Source: Pseudomonadota bacterium
GTDB taxonomy: Bacteria > Pseudomonadota > Gammaproteobacteria > Acidiferrobacterales > UBA6901
Length of the DNA stretch: 49,627 nucleotides
Assembly: GCA_021778035.1 (NCBI GenBank)
Contig: JAJYCY010000001.1
Location: 22,530 to 72,156, forward strand
Direction: 5' to 3'
Below the pieces are notes generated by a model that did no database searches, was not told the DNA's origin, and saw only the letters and a list, made by a program, of their open reading frames with translations. Both the position numbers and the translations under genes were made by a program. Positions 29,065 to 37,788 of this stretch are shown piece after piece. Positions within the stretch are counted from its first letter, which is position 1; each line of letters starts with the position of its first letter.

Positions 29065-30437
29065 TGGAAAAGCTCATAGCCTGGATTGATGACCGTTTCC
29101 CGCTCACCAAGGTGTGGAACGAGCATCTGGCGCAGTACTACGCGCCCAAGAACTTCAACTTCTGGTATTACTTTGGCTCCCTGGCGCTTCTGGTTCTGGT
29201 AAACCAGATTGTCACGGGCATATTCCTCACGATGAATTACAAGCCGGATGCGGCGCTCGCGTTTGGGTCGGTCCAGTACATCATGTACGACGTATCGTGG
29301 GGATGGCTGATCCGGTACATGCACTCGGTAGGCGCGTCGATGTTTTTCGTGATCGTCTATCTGCACATGTTCCGTGGCCTGCTCTACGGCTCCCACCGGC
29401 AGCCGCGGGAACTGATCTGGATCTTCGGCGCCCTCATTTTCGTGGCACTGATGGCAGAAGCGTTCATGGGTTACCTGCTGCCGTGGGGGAACATGTCTTA
29501 CTGGGGCGCACAGGTGATCATTTCCCTGTTCACCGCAATTCCTTATGTCGGCAACGGGCTCGCCCGGTGGGTCCGTGGAGACTTCGTGGTTTCGGACGCG
29601 ACCCTCAACCGCTTTTTCGCGTTTCACGTGATTGCGCTGCCGCTCGTGCTCGTTGCGCTGGTATTCGTTCACCTCGTCGCGCTGCACAAGGTCGGGTCGA
29701 ACAATCCCGATGGCATCGAAATCAAGAAGAAAAAGGGTTCCAATGGCATTCCGCTTGACGGCATACCGTTCCATCCCTATTACACGGTCAAGGACATCGT
29801 GGGCGTGACCGTGTTCCTGATGGTGTTCGCGGCCATCATCTTCTTTGCTCCTTCGATGGGTGGGAAATTCCTGGAACACGACAACTTCATTCCGGCGAAC
29901 ATTCTCTCAACTCCCCTGGATATCGTGCCGTTGTGGTACTTCACACCGTTCTATTCCATGCTGCGCGCGTCGACAACCGACTTCACGCACGGCATGCTGG
30001 CGGTGTCGACGGTGCTCGTGGCCGGGCTGGCCTTCTTTACCCGGAAGGGGGCCATGGCCAAGGTGGCGTCGGTGATCATTGCCGCAGTGCTGGTTCTCGG
30101 GATGTTTACTCTCGAAGCCAAGCTGTGGGGTGTTATCATGATGGGATCGTCGATCGTACTGATTTTCTTCCTGCCCTGGCTGGACCGGTCGCCGGTCAAG
30201 TCAATCCGCTACCGTGGAGCGCTGTACAAGGGGGCGCTTACGGTTTTCGTCATCAGTTTCATCCTGCTGGGATACCTCGGGACCAAGTCGCCTGACGCTG
30301 TGAGTCTGTTCCTTTTCAAGAACGTTTTGTGGGCGCAGATCTTCACGCTGGTTTACCTCGGGTTCTTCGTGCTAATGCCGTGGTACACGAAGATCGACAA
30401 GACCAAGCCGGTTCCGGAGAGGGTGACATTCAAATGA
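29064..30437 (+). CDS. petB: Cytochrome b of the bc1 complex
   Basis: RYMHSVG..YLHMFRG and FAFHV..FVHL heme ligands, GYLLPWGNMSYWGA, PLWY at the PEWY position. Confidence 0.98.
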   Translation: MEKLIAWIDDRFPLTKVWNEHLAQYYAPKNFNFWYYFGSLALLVLVNQIVTGIFLTMNYKPDAALAFGSVQYIMYDVSWGWLIRYMHSVGASMFFVIVYLHMFRGLLYGSHRQPRELIWIFGALIFVALMAEAFMGYLLPWGNMSYWGAQVIISLFTAIPYVGNGLARWVRGDFVVSDATLNRFFAFHVIALPLVLVALVFVHLVALHKVGSNNPDGIEIKKKKGSNGIPLDGIPFHPYYTVKDIVGVTVFLMVFAAIIFFAPSMGGKFLEHDNFIPANILSTPLDIVPLWYFTPFYSMLRASTTDFTHGMLAVSTVLVAGLAFFTRKGAMAKVASVIIAAVLVLGMFTLEAKLWGVIMMGSSIVLIFFLPWLDRSPVKSIRYRGALYKGALTVFVISFILLGYLGTKSPDAVSLFLFKNVLWAQIFTLVYLGFFVLMPWYTKIDKTKPVPERVTFK

Positions 30438-31204
30438 AGAAAATATTGCTGAGCCTGTTGCTGGCGCTGCTGCCCGTCGTTGCCCATGCAGACGAGGGTC
30501 CGAAGCTTGATCATGTCAGGATAGATCTGAGCGACCGGGCGTCCCTGCAGCGTGGAGCGCGTATTTTCGTCAATTACTGCCTGTCCTGCCACAGTGCCGC
30601 CTACCTGCGTTACAACCGCATGGGCCATGATCTGGGTATTAGCAACCAGCTTGTGAAGCAAGACCTGCTGTTTGCCGGGGACAAGGTAGGTGACCGTATG
30701 CAGGCGGTCATGCCGGCGGTGGAAGCCAAAAAATGGTTCGGTGTGGCTCCACCGGACCTCACCCTGGAGGCGCGCTATCGCGGGACAGACTGGATCTACA
30801 CCTATATGCGCAGCTTCTATCGGGACCCGAAGTCCTTCAGCGGCTGGAACAACACCGTGTTTCCGCATGTGGCCATGCCGTTCGTGCTGTACGGCTGGCA
30901 GGGCGAGCAGCGCGCCGTCTTCAGCACCCGGAAGCTCGTGAGCCATACGGTGGAAAACGGGAAGCCGGTCACGGAAGTGTCTGAAGAGAAAGTGTTTGAC
31001 CATTTCGTCCTGGCCAAACCGGGTACCATGACCCCCAAGCAGTATGACCAGTCCATGCGGGACCTTGTCAACTTCATGGCGTACATGGCGGAACCGGCCA
31101 AGCTCGAACGCATCCGGGTCGGTATTTATGTGTTAATATTCCTCGCGGTGTTCCTGGTTCTGGCGATTCTGCTCAAGAAGGAATACTGGAAAGACGTTCA
31201 CTAA
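30434..31204 (+). CDS. petC: Cytochrome c1
   Basis: Signal peptide, SLQRGA, CLSCH, PPDLTL, AMPFVL, C-terminal TM + KKEYWKDVH; ATGA overlap with petB. Confidence 0.97.
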   Translation: MKKILLSLLLALLPVVAHADEGPKLDHVRIDLSDRASLQRGARIFVNYCLSCHSAAYLRYNRMGHDLGISNQLVKQDLLFAGDKVGDRMQAVMPAVEAKKWFGVAPPDLTLEARYRGTDWIYTYMRSFYRDPKSFSGWNNTVFPHVAMPFVLYGWQGEQRAVFSTRKLVSHTVENGKPVTEVSEEKVFDHFVLAKPGTMTPKQYDQSMRDLVNFMAYMAEPAKLERIRVGIYVLIFLAVFLVLAILLKKEYWKDVH

Positions 31205-31225
31205 AGCGCGGTAGTGTTCCAGTCC

Positions 31226-31258
31226 AAAGGGGCCCCTATCGTGATAGGGGCCCCTTTT
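31226..31258. terminator. Intrinsic (bidirectional-type) terminator after petC
   Basis: Perfect 15-bp inverted repeat AAAGGGGCCCCTATC-GT-GATAGGGGCCCCTTT. Confidence 0.8.
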
Positions 31259-31301
31259 GCTGTTAGATTGCACGCCATATTCCATGCTGGAGAATCCGTA
31301 A

Positions 31302-31940
31302 ATGGCATCCCTGGCCACCCGCAAGCATGTCATGACCCTGTATTCGGGCACGACCGATCCGTACAGCCATCGCACCCGCATCGTGCTGTATGAGAAGGAT
31401 GTCGAATGCCAGGTTGTCGATGTGGATATCAAGAAAAAACCGCGTGAACTGGCGGACCTGAATCCCTACAACTGTGTCCCGACCATGGTTGATCGCGACC
31501 TGGTTCTCTACGAGTCGCTGATCATCAATGAATATCTCGACGAGCGCCTCCCGCATCCGCCGCTGATGCCGGTGGATCCGGTCTCGCGCGGCCGGGCGCG
31601 ACTGATGCTTATGCGCTTCGACCGCGACTGGTACAGCCTGCTGCCGGAGCTCGAGGGCGGTGACCGCAAGCTTGCCCAGCGTGCCCGGAACATCGTGCGC
31701 GACGGACTGACGGTCATCTCGCCGGTATTCAAGGAGAAGCAGTTTGTGCTTGGGGATGAGTTTTCGCTGGTGGACTGTTCCCTGGCGCCGATGCTGTGGC
31801 GCCTTCCGGTTTACGGCATAGAATTGCCGCGCCAGGCGCGTCCGATACTTGATTACGCCGAACGCCTGTTTGAGCGCAAGTCATTCAATCTGAGCCTGAC
31901 TGACGCGGAGCGCGACATGCGTCTGCAGGTCGCACGGTAG
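31302..31940 (+). CDS. sspA: Stringent starvation protein A (GST-like)
   Basis: MTLYSG..DPYSHRTRIVLYEK, LNPYN, EYLDERLPHPPLMPVDPVSR; petC-sspA-sspB synteny. Confidence 0.95.
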   Translation: MASLATRKHVMTLYSGTTDPYSHRTRIVLYEKDVECQVVDVDIKKKPRELADLNPYNCVPTMVDRDLVLYESLIINEYLDERLPHPPLMPVDPVSRGRARLMLMRFDRDWYSLLPELEGGDRKLAQRARNIVRDGLTVISPVFKEKQFVLGDEFSLVDCSLAPMLWRLPVYGIELPRQARPILDYAERLFERKSFNLSLTDAERDMRLQVAR

Positions 31941-31954
31941 CTGCGGGCTCTCGC

Positions 31955-32377
31955 ATGCCGGAACCGGGCTCCACGCAGCCCTATCTGATACGTGCCATCT
32001 ACGAATGGGCAGTAGACAACGGCCTGACGCCGCATCTGCTGGTGGACGCCCAGGTTCCCGGCGTCCACGTGCCACAGGCCTATGTCCAGGACGGCAGGAT
32101 TGCCCTTAACATCCATCCGCAGGCAGTAGAGCGCCTGGAGCTTGGTCGCGACGCAATCGTGTTTGCCGCGCGCTTCGGGGGACGCAGTTTTGAGGTCGAT
32201 GTGCCGGTGAACGCGGTGCTTGCCATCTACGCACGCGAAAATGGGCACGGCTTCTCCTTCCAGAAGGAGTCCGAGCGTGACGGTGCGGCCTCCGGTGGCG
32301 GTGATCCCAGCCCGCCCGCTCCCCCGGGAGGCAAGCCATCCGGGGGAAAAGGCGCCACCCTCAGGCGCGTCAAATAG
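31955..32377 (+). CDS. sspB: ClpXP specificity-enhancing factor SspB
   Basis: PYLIRAIYEWAVDNGLTPHLLVDA, ARFGG, AIYARENG, C-terminal LRRVK ClpX-binding motif. Confidence 0.96.
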   Translation: MPEPGSTQPYLIRAIYEWAVDNGLTPHLLVDAQVPGVHVPQAYVQDGRIALNIHPQAVERLELGRDAIVFAARFGGRSFEVDVPVNAVLAIYARENGHGFSFQKESERDGAASGGGDPSPPAPPGGKPSGGKGATLRRVK

Positions 32378-32392
32378 GCCTGCGGCGGTGCA

Positions 32393-32701
32393 TCAGTGTG
32401 CCGGACGACCGACATAGAGGTGGAGTTCTTCCAGGTCCAGCCCGGAGAGCACCAGCCGTCCGGCGAATCGCCGGCCATCATGGTCGGCAAATTCGAAGCG
32501 GTACCCCCTCCGTAGCCGGATCCGTCCGTCGTTGCGTTGCAGGCAGACTCCCGAGAAAGCGACGGTACCATCCAGAAACTGCAGATCCCGGTCCGTACAC
32601 TCTTGTCGCGCGAGCTGCGTTGCGGTCTCCCGCGCCTTGAGGCTGGAATGCCACAGCCATAGCAGGGAAATCAGCGCAGCCAGTGCAGTCAGGTAGTCCA
32701 T
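32393..32701 (-). CDS. DUF3301-like small membrane-anchored protein
   Basis: N-terminal TM, W..SLKARE.A...AR..C....LQFLDGTV, RRGYRFEF...G.RR.GRL pattern recalled for DUF3301. Confidence 0.75.
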   Translation of the reverse strand: MDYLTALAALISLLWLWHSSLKARETATQLARQECTDRDLQFLDGTVAFSGVCLQRNDGRIRLRRGYRFEFADHDGRRFAGRLVLSGLDLEELHLYVGRPAH

Positions 32702-32840
32702 GCAGGCTGATTCAACCACGCCGCCGGACTCCGTGCCAGCATGCCCGCAGCCGCCTGTCGCCCGCGCAGTGTTTGCCGGTCCGGACCGGTCGCGCGGATG
32801 GTCACAGCTCTGGCGACGCAGGGTGAGGTAACATCAGTCC

Positions 32841-33335
32841 ATGATTGAATCCGTGCTTGCCGACATCACGACCCTGACTGTTGATGTGATCGTCAACGCG
32901 GCCAACGAGACGCTCCTCGGCGGCGGAGGCGTAGACGGGGCAATTCACCGCGCGGCGGGGCCAGAGCTGCTGGCCGCCTGCCGCAGTATCGGAGGATGCC
33001 CTGCCGGTCAGTGCCGCATCACTGCCGGTTTCAAGCTCCCGGCCAGATGGGTCATCCATGCGGTCGGACCGGTGTGGCGCGGTGGCGGGCACCGCGAGGC
33101 CGGGTTGCTCGAATCCTGCTACCGAAATTCGCTGGAAACAGCCCTGAGTTTCGGCGCCCACAGCATTGCCTTTCCGGCGATTAGCACCGGTGCTTACGGC
33201 TATCCGAAGGAGCAGGCCGGCCGTATCGCCATCCGCACCATACGTCCCTACGCGGATCGGTTCGACCGTCTCATCCTCTGCAGCTACAGTGCATCCGACC
33301 AGGCCCTCTGTGACCGGCTGCTGGCGTTGCCTTAA
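32841..33335 (+). CDS. Macrodomain O-acetyl-ADP-ribose deacetylase (YmdB-like)
   Basis: [53 protein letters not shown]. Confidence 0.94.
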   Translation: MIESVLADITTLTVDVIVNAANETLLGGGGVDGAIHRAAGPELLAACRSIGGCPAGQCRITAGFKLPARWVIHAVGPVWRGGGHREAGLLESCYRNSLETALSFGAHSIAFPAISTGAYGYPKEQAGRIAIRTIRPYADRFDRLILCSYSASDQALCDRLLALP

Positions 33336-33440
33336 GGAAGCGGTGGCGAGACGCCTCCACGGCTGTTAAACATGGCGTCACAGGTCATGCCGCATGGGTG
33401 ATCCACACCCAGGGCAGTTCCGTGAACGGGGCTGCCTGCC

Positions 33441-33610
33441 ATGAGAAGGCGGGAAATTGCCGATGTGGAAGTCGTGTAAGTCGCGATTCAGCAGGAAATC
33501 GCCCGTTCCGATGAGTCGCGCTACGACCATCGGCCGTGCGGGTTTTTGCCCGTGACCGGCGGCCATCGCTGTCAGCAGGTCGCCGAACTGTCCGGTGAGG
33601 ACCGGCCAGC
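33441..33610 (+). pseudogene. Decayed IS630-like transposase N-terminal (HTH) fragment
   Basis: Reads MRRREIADVEVV*VAIQQEIARSDESRYDHRPCGFLPVTGGHRCQQVAELSGEDR, with an in-frame TAA at 33477-9. It resembles, from recall, IS630-type transposase HTH N-termini (RY.HRL...L...G.SC..VAELFG); resemblance ends at about 33605. Confidence 0.6.
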
Positions 33611-33859
33611 GCCGGGGCATGCGGTGCGAAACCCGCGGACCGGGAGGGATGCACGAAAGTGATCACCCCGACCAGCCTGCGGCACCGGATGCCCGGGCGC
33701 CGATCTTCACCATGATGACCCGATCAAATCCGTTCCAGCGCAGAGCCTTCGAACTCATCGCGTAGTCGAAACATGGAAGCCGCATTCCGGCAGAAAGGCT
33801 GGAATGCAGGGGAAACCCCCATCGGGCTGCGAGGGCAGCTTCCGCTTAAGACGCCATGT

Positions 33860-34600
33860 TTAGAAACGCCAGCCGAGTTTGATCCCGTAGGTGTTATCAC
33901 TGCCGGTACGGTCGGCCTCGATATCCATGTTGATGACAGCAAAATTGATGTCGGCACCGACATAGTACTTTGTGAGCGAGAAGCTTTCGCCCTGCAGACC
34001 AGGAATGCCGGATGGTGTGCTGTTCACCCATACCTGACCAACGCCGGCATACGGCGTGAACATCAGAAATCCCTTCGAGACCGATAGGTCGACTCCCGTG
34101 GTATGGAAGTCGAGCTGATTGACTCCCTGCAGTCGGGTATAGCTCGCACGCAGCCCGACAGCCGGGGCGGTGATTCCGCCATGCAGGAGCGCATAGCTCA
34201 TGTCTGCTCCCCACAGCTGGATATTGCTGTTCGGCACCTTCGAGTAAAAGGCGCCGACATCGAAGCCGAGTGGCAGTCCTTTGTAGACTTGAATCTTCGG
34301 GACAACCAGCGATGTGGAACTTCCGTTGCCGGTGACAAGATGCCAGACCGAGGAATTCGAGATCTGGGTGTCGGTGACCTCCGCGCCGATGTCGACCCCG
34401 GTCAGTCCCAGAGGGGCGGTTGGCGTAAGCGGCTTGTAACTCAGCGCGGAGCCCAGATCCTCGGAGAACAGCCGGAAATCCGGCTGTGTGAGGGTGCCCA
34501 GGTTGTTGACGTAATCCGCGGCCTGACTAGGCTGCACAAGACAGGATACTGCAACGGCACCCAGGATGGCGGCAATGAATGAGGTTGCACTGCGTTGCAT
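33860..34600 (-). CDS. Uncharacterised outer-membrane beta-barrel protein
   Basis: Sec signal ending SQAA, alternating amphipathic beta-strands (FTPYAGVGQVWV), terminal beta-signal KLGWRF; SD AGAGG. Confidence 0.8.
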   Translation of the reverse strand: MQRSATSFIAAILGAVAVSCLVQPSQAADYVNNLGTLTQPDFRLFSEDLGSALSYKPLTPTAPLGLTGVDIGAEVTDTQISNSSVWHLVTGNGSSTSLVVPKIQVYKGLPLGFDVGAFYSKVPNSNIQLWGADMSYALLHGGITAPAVGLRASYTRLQGVNQLDFHTTGVDLSVSKGFLMFTPYAGVGQVWVNSTPSGIPGLQGESFSLTKYYVGADINFAVINMDIEADRTGSDNTYGIKLGWRF

Positions 34601-34691
34601 GGCTATCGACCCTCTTTAGATTATTTATCAGTGGCGTCTATCCGCGACGCAGGCATCACAATGCTCACGCGCCCCTTCTGCCTGCGGTCAT

Positions 34692-34886
34692 TTAAAGTAT
34701 ATAGACTGCAAGCAGAAGGAGACCATAGCCGCCAATCAGCAGATCAACGGCAACCCGGTTGAGCAGTCCCAGAACTGGACCAATATAGGCGATATGCCCG
34801 AGTGGAACAAAATGACCGATAAGACCGAGAATGAACAGCAGCACACAAATTAGCGCCGCGTTTCTCGATGGTGCGCCGGCTTTCAT
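34692..34886 (-). CDS. Small two-TM membrane protein (64 aa)
   Basis: Two hydrophobic segments; GGGGAGAG SD-like sequence before the ATG; co-oriented with neighbours. Confidence 0.65.
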   Translation of the reverse strand: MKAGAPSRNAALICVLLFILGLIGHFVPLGHIAYIGPVLGLLNRVAVDLLIGGYGLLLLAVYIL

Positions 34887-34932
34887 GTTTTTATCTCTCC
34901 CCTGGGCCGCTCCGTTCCTGGCGAAACAGAAA

Positions 34933-36366
34933 TCAGGAATCGCTCAGCCTGGCTGTATGCCCGGGTGCCTGGCCGGGCTGTGGTAGCGGAAACACCTTGC
35001 CAGGATTGAGAATTCCCGCCGGGTCGAACTCGGCCCTGATGCGCTGCATCAGGGCCAGTGTTGCCGGATCAATGGCGCGATCCAGGTAGTCGCGCTTCTC
35101 TCTGCCGATCCCGTGTTCCCCCGACAGCGTGCCGCCCAGGGCAAGCACCAGATCGAATACCGCACTGACCGCAGGCTGTGCACTCTGCGCCTGTTGCGGA
35201 TCCTGGGAGTCATATAGCAGGTTGACGTGTATGTTGCCATTTCCGGCATGCCCGAAATTGACGATGGGAATGCCGAAGCGGCGGCTCACTTCCCCGAGCC
35301 CGTCGATCAGATCCGCGATGCGAGAAACCGGAACAACGATATCCTCGTTGAGCTTGTTGGGCGCGATAGTACGCAGCGCCGGGGAGAGTGCTTTGCGCGC
35401 TGCCCAGAGTTCACGGACCTCGTCAGCGGAATGGGCCACCTTCGTTTCCAGCAGGCCGGTGCCTTTCATGGTTTCTGTGACCGCAGACAGCATTGCATCC
35501 ATCGCGGCTTCGGGCCCGTCCACTTCTACCATCAGCAGTGCGCCGGTGCCCGATGCAAGCTTCACACGTCCGTAGGTGCGGATAATGTCCACAGCCGCGC
35601 TGTCCATCATTTCAAGTGCGCAGGGAGTAACCGGTTGAGACATGATCCGGGCTACGGCAGCTGCCGCATCGCTCACCCGGGCATAGGTAGCCTGCAGCGT
35701 ACGCCTGCTTTCCGGAATGGGGGTAAGTTTCAGTATGGCTTCGGTAATCACGGCAAGCGTCCCTTCCGAGCCGATCAGCAGCCGGGTAAGGTCGTAGCCG
35801 ACAGCGCCCTTGCTGGTGTAACTGCCGGTGCGGATCTCCTCGCCGCCGCCGGTTACGGCCCGCAGTCCGAGCACATTCTCCCGCGTGGCGCCGTATTTGA
35901 CGGCGCGCGGTCCGCCGGCGTTCAGGGCCAGATTCCCGCCGATTGTGCAGAACGCGGCACTCGTAGGGTCGGGTGGCCAGAAGAATCCGCATTTTCCGGC
36001 GGCATCCTGGACGGCCTGATTGGTCGTGCCGGGTTCGGCAGTTATCGCACGGTTGGCTGGATCGACACCTGTAATCCGGTTCATGCGCTCGAAAGCGAGT
36101 ACGACCCCGGCTCGCAGCGGGATGGATCCGCCGCTGGTGCCGGTTCCGCGGCCCCTGGCGGTGAGCGGCACCCCGTGTTCACCGCACAGGCGCACGATGC
36201 CCGCTACTTCCGCATGCGTCGTCGCGAATACCACGGCGTCGGGCGCAGAGTGCTTGCGGGAATTGTCGTATCCGTATACCCAGCTGTCGGCAGGGTCGGT
36301 AAGCACGTTCTGCGAACCGGCGAGCGTTCGCAGCGCCTGTACGAATTTAGGCGATAGACTGCTCAT
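34933..36366 (-). CDS. FAD-linked oxidase, GlcD / D-lactate dehydrogenase family
   Basis: RGRGTGTSGG, PPDPTS..CTIGGN..NAGG, LLIGSEGTLAVITE, FGHAGNGNIH, GTLSGEHGIG, DPAGILNPGK. Confidence 0.92.
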   Translation of the reverse strand: MSSLSPKFVQALRTLAGSQNVLTDPADSWVYGYDNSRKHSAPDAVVFATTHAEVAGIVRLCGEHGVPLTARGRGTGTSGGSIPLRAGVVLAFERMNRITGVDPANRAITAEPGTTNQAVQDAAGKCGFFWPPDPTSAAFCTIGGNLALNAGGPRAVKYGATRENVLGLRAVTGGGEEIRTGSYTSKGAVGYDLTRLLIGSEGTLAVITEAILKLTPIPESRRTLQATYARVSDAAAAVARIMSQPVTPCALEMMDSAAVDIIRTYGRVKLASGTGALLMVEVDGPEAAMDAMLSAVTETMKGTGLLETKVAHSADEVRELWAARKALSPALRTIAPNKLNEDIVVPVSRIADLIDGLGEVSRRFGIPIVNFGHAGNGNIHVNLLYDSQDPQQAQSAQPAVSAVFDLVLALGGTLSGEHGIGREKRDYLDRAIDPATLALMQRIRAEFDPAGILNPGKVFPLPQPGQAPGHTARLSDS

Positions 36367-36418
36367 TGATCTGATCCAGAGTGGACGGGCGCAGCAACGG
36401 AATGTGCCGTTCCGGAGT

Positions 36419-37030
36419 TCAGTCTACGTACTCGAACAGCTCGACCACGCGCGAAACCCCGCTGACATTTGCCGCCACGCTGGCAGCGAGTCCGGCTTCC
36501 TGCTTTGTGACCAGTCCCATCAGATAAACCGACGAGTCAGCGGTGATCACCTTGACGCGCGTCGGATCGAGTCCCTTGGTTGCAAGGAAGCGGGTTTTGA
36601 CCTCGGTTGTGATCCATGAATCCCGGGCCCGATCGGCAAGGGTGCTCAGGGGGGCGATCTCGATTTCGTTAACGATGCGCCGGATGCTGGGTATGGTCCT
36701 GATCTTGGATAGCACCAGGTCCCGCAGCTGCGTGGTAGGGGCCTGCCCCGTCAGCAGCACGATGCCATTGACTGATGTTACGCCGATGTGCACTGCATGC
36801 CTCAGCTGCGGATCGGTGTCGAGTATGCCGGTGGCCTTGAGTTCCACGGTGGTGTCATTGACCATCGAGCCAAGCGTACGGCGGTCGTGAGCGACGTCGG
36901 TGCCGGCAGCTGCTCCCGCGATGATCACGGGCACACATCCTTGAAGGATGCCCGCCATCAGCGCCACGGCGAAGATGCGCCGGGCCACCGGTGCAATACG
37001 CATGTGCGGTATCCTGGTGCGGTTCATCAT
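36419..37030 (-). CDS. dolP: Dual-BON-domain lipoprotein (DolP/YraP family)
   Basis: Lipobox LQGC, DRRTLG, NGIVLLTGQ, DSWITTEVK, VYLMGLVT; start 37030 or 37003. Confidence 0.9.
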   Translation of the reverse strand: MMNRTRIPHMRIAPVARRIFAVALMAGILQGCVPVIIAGAAAGTDVAHDRRTLGSMVNDTTVELKATGILDTDPQLRHAVHIGVTSVNGIVLLTGQAPTTQLRDLVLSKIRTIPSIRRIVNEIEIAPLSTLADRARDSWITTEVKTRFLATKGLDPTRVKVITADSSVYLMGLVTKQEAGLAASVAANVSGVSRVVELFEYVD

Positions 37031-37032
37031 GC

Positions 37033-37686
37033 CTACCCTTGTCCGAGCAGCTGGTAGTCTATCAGTTCGCTCAGGCAATGTACTGCCAGCACATGGATTT
37101 CCCGGATCCTGGCGGTTGATTCCCCGGGTACCTGAATGTTGATGTCATCGTGCGACAGGGCGGTAGCGAGTTCACCGCCATCGCGTCCGTTGAGTGCGAT
37201 GCACCGAATGCCCCGCGCGTGTGCCGCATCGACCGCACGGGTCAGGTTCGCGGAATTTCCGGTTGTCGAAAACATCACCAGGATGTCTTCGGACTGTCCC
37301 AAAGACATGATCTGGCGCGCAAACACCTCAGTGAACTGGTGATCGTTGGCGATTGCAGTCAATGTGGTGCAGTCCGCCGTGAGCGCTATGGCAGGCAGGC
37401 CGGGGCGCTCGTGCGTGTACCGGTTCAGAAGGTGCGAGGAAAAGAGCTGCGCGCAGGTTGCTGAACCGCCATTGCCGCAAAGAAGGATCTTCCGGCCCGA
37501 TACCAGGGCTCGTACCATCATTTCCGCTGCCGAGACAATCGATGGTGCGAGCGGTTCGAGGCAGCGTTCGACCATCGTTGAATGAAGCGTGAACGCTGTC
37601 CGTACGCGGCCGACAAGATCACCGCGCACCACGGTGCTGCCTGCCCCGGATCCGGCAACCAGGCGATCCCCGCCTGCCTGCTTCAT
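37033..37686 (-). CDS. SIS-domain GmhA/DiaA-family protein with degenerate active site
   Basis: KILLCGNGGS, RPGLPAIAL, TAIAND, STTGNS, ARIREIH; between lpoA and dolP; start uncertain. Confidence 0.88.
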   Translation of the reverse strand: MKQAGGDRLVAGSGAGSTVVRGDLVGRVRTAFTLHSTMVERCLEPLAPSIVSAAEMMVRALVSGRKILLCGNGGSATCAQLFSSHLLNRYTHERPGLPAIALTADCTTLTAIANDHQFTEVFARQIMSLGQSEDILVMFSTTGNSANLTRAVDAAHARGIRCIALNGRDGGELATALSHDDINIQVPGESTARIREIHVLAVHCLSELIDYQLLGQG

Positions 37687-37784
37687 GGAATGCGCCGGGC
37701 GCAAACCCGCAGAGTAGCCGACGCCGGTCTGGCAGACCAATCATCGCCTGGGTGGGACCGGCAGTTCCGGGCAGATCCGGTCAT
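37683..37784 (-). other. Candidate bridging mini-ORF lpoA->gmhA/diaA-like, MTGSARNCRSHPGDDWSARPASATLRVCARRIP* (33 aa)
   Basis: ATG 4 nt after the lpoA TGA; its TGA overlaps the in-frame ATG (37686) of the SIS gene. Confidence 0.35.
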
Positions 37785-37788
37785 GCGT

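Noticed and set aside
32841-33335. Macrodomain as antitoxin of a DarTG-like or anti-phage system
   Set aside because: Stand-alone YmdB-type protein; no ADP-ribosyltransferase or sirtuin neighbour.
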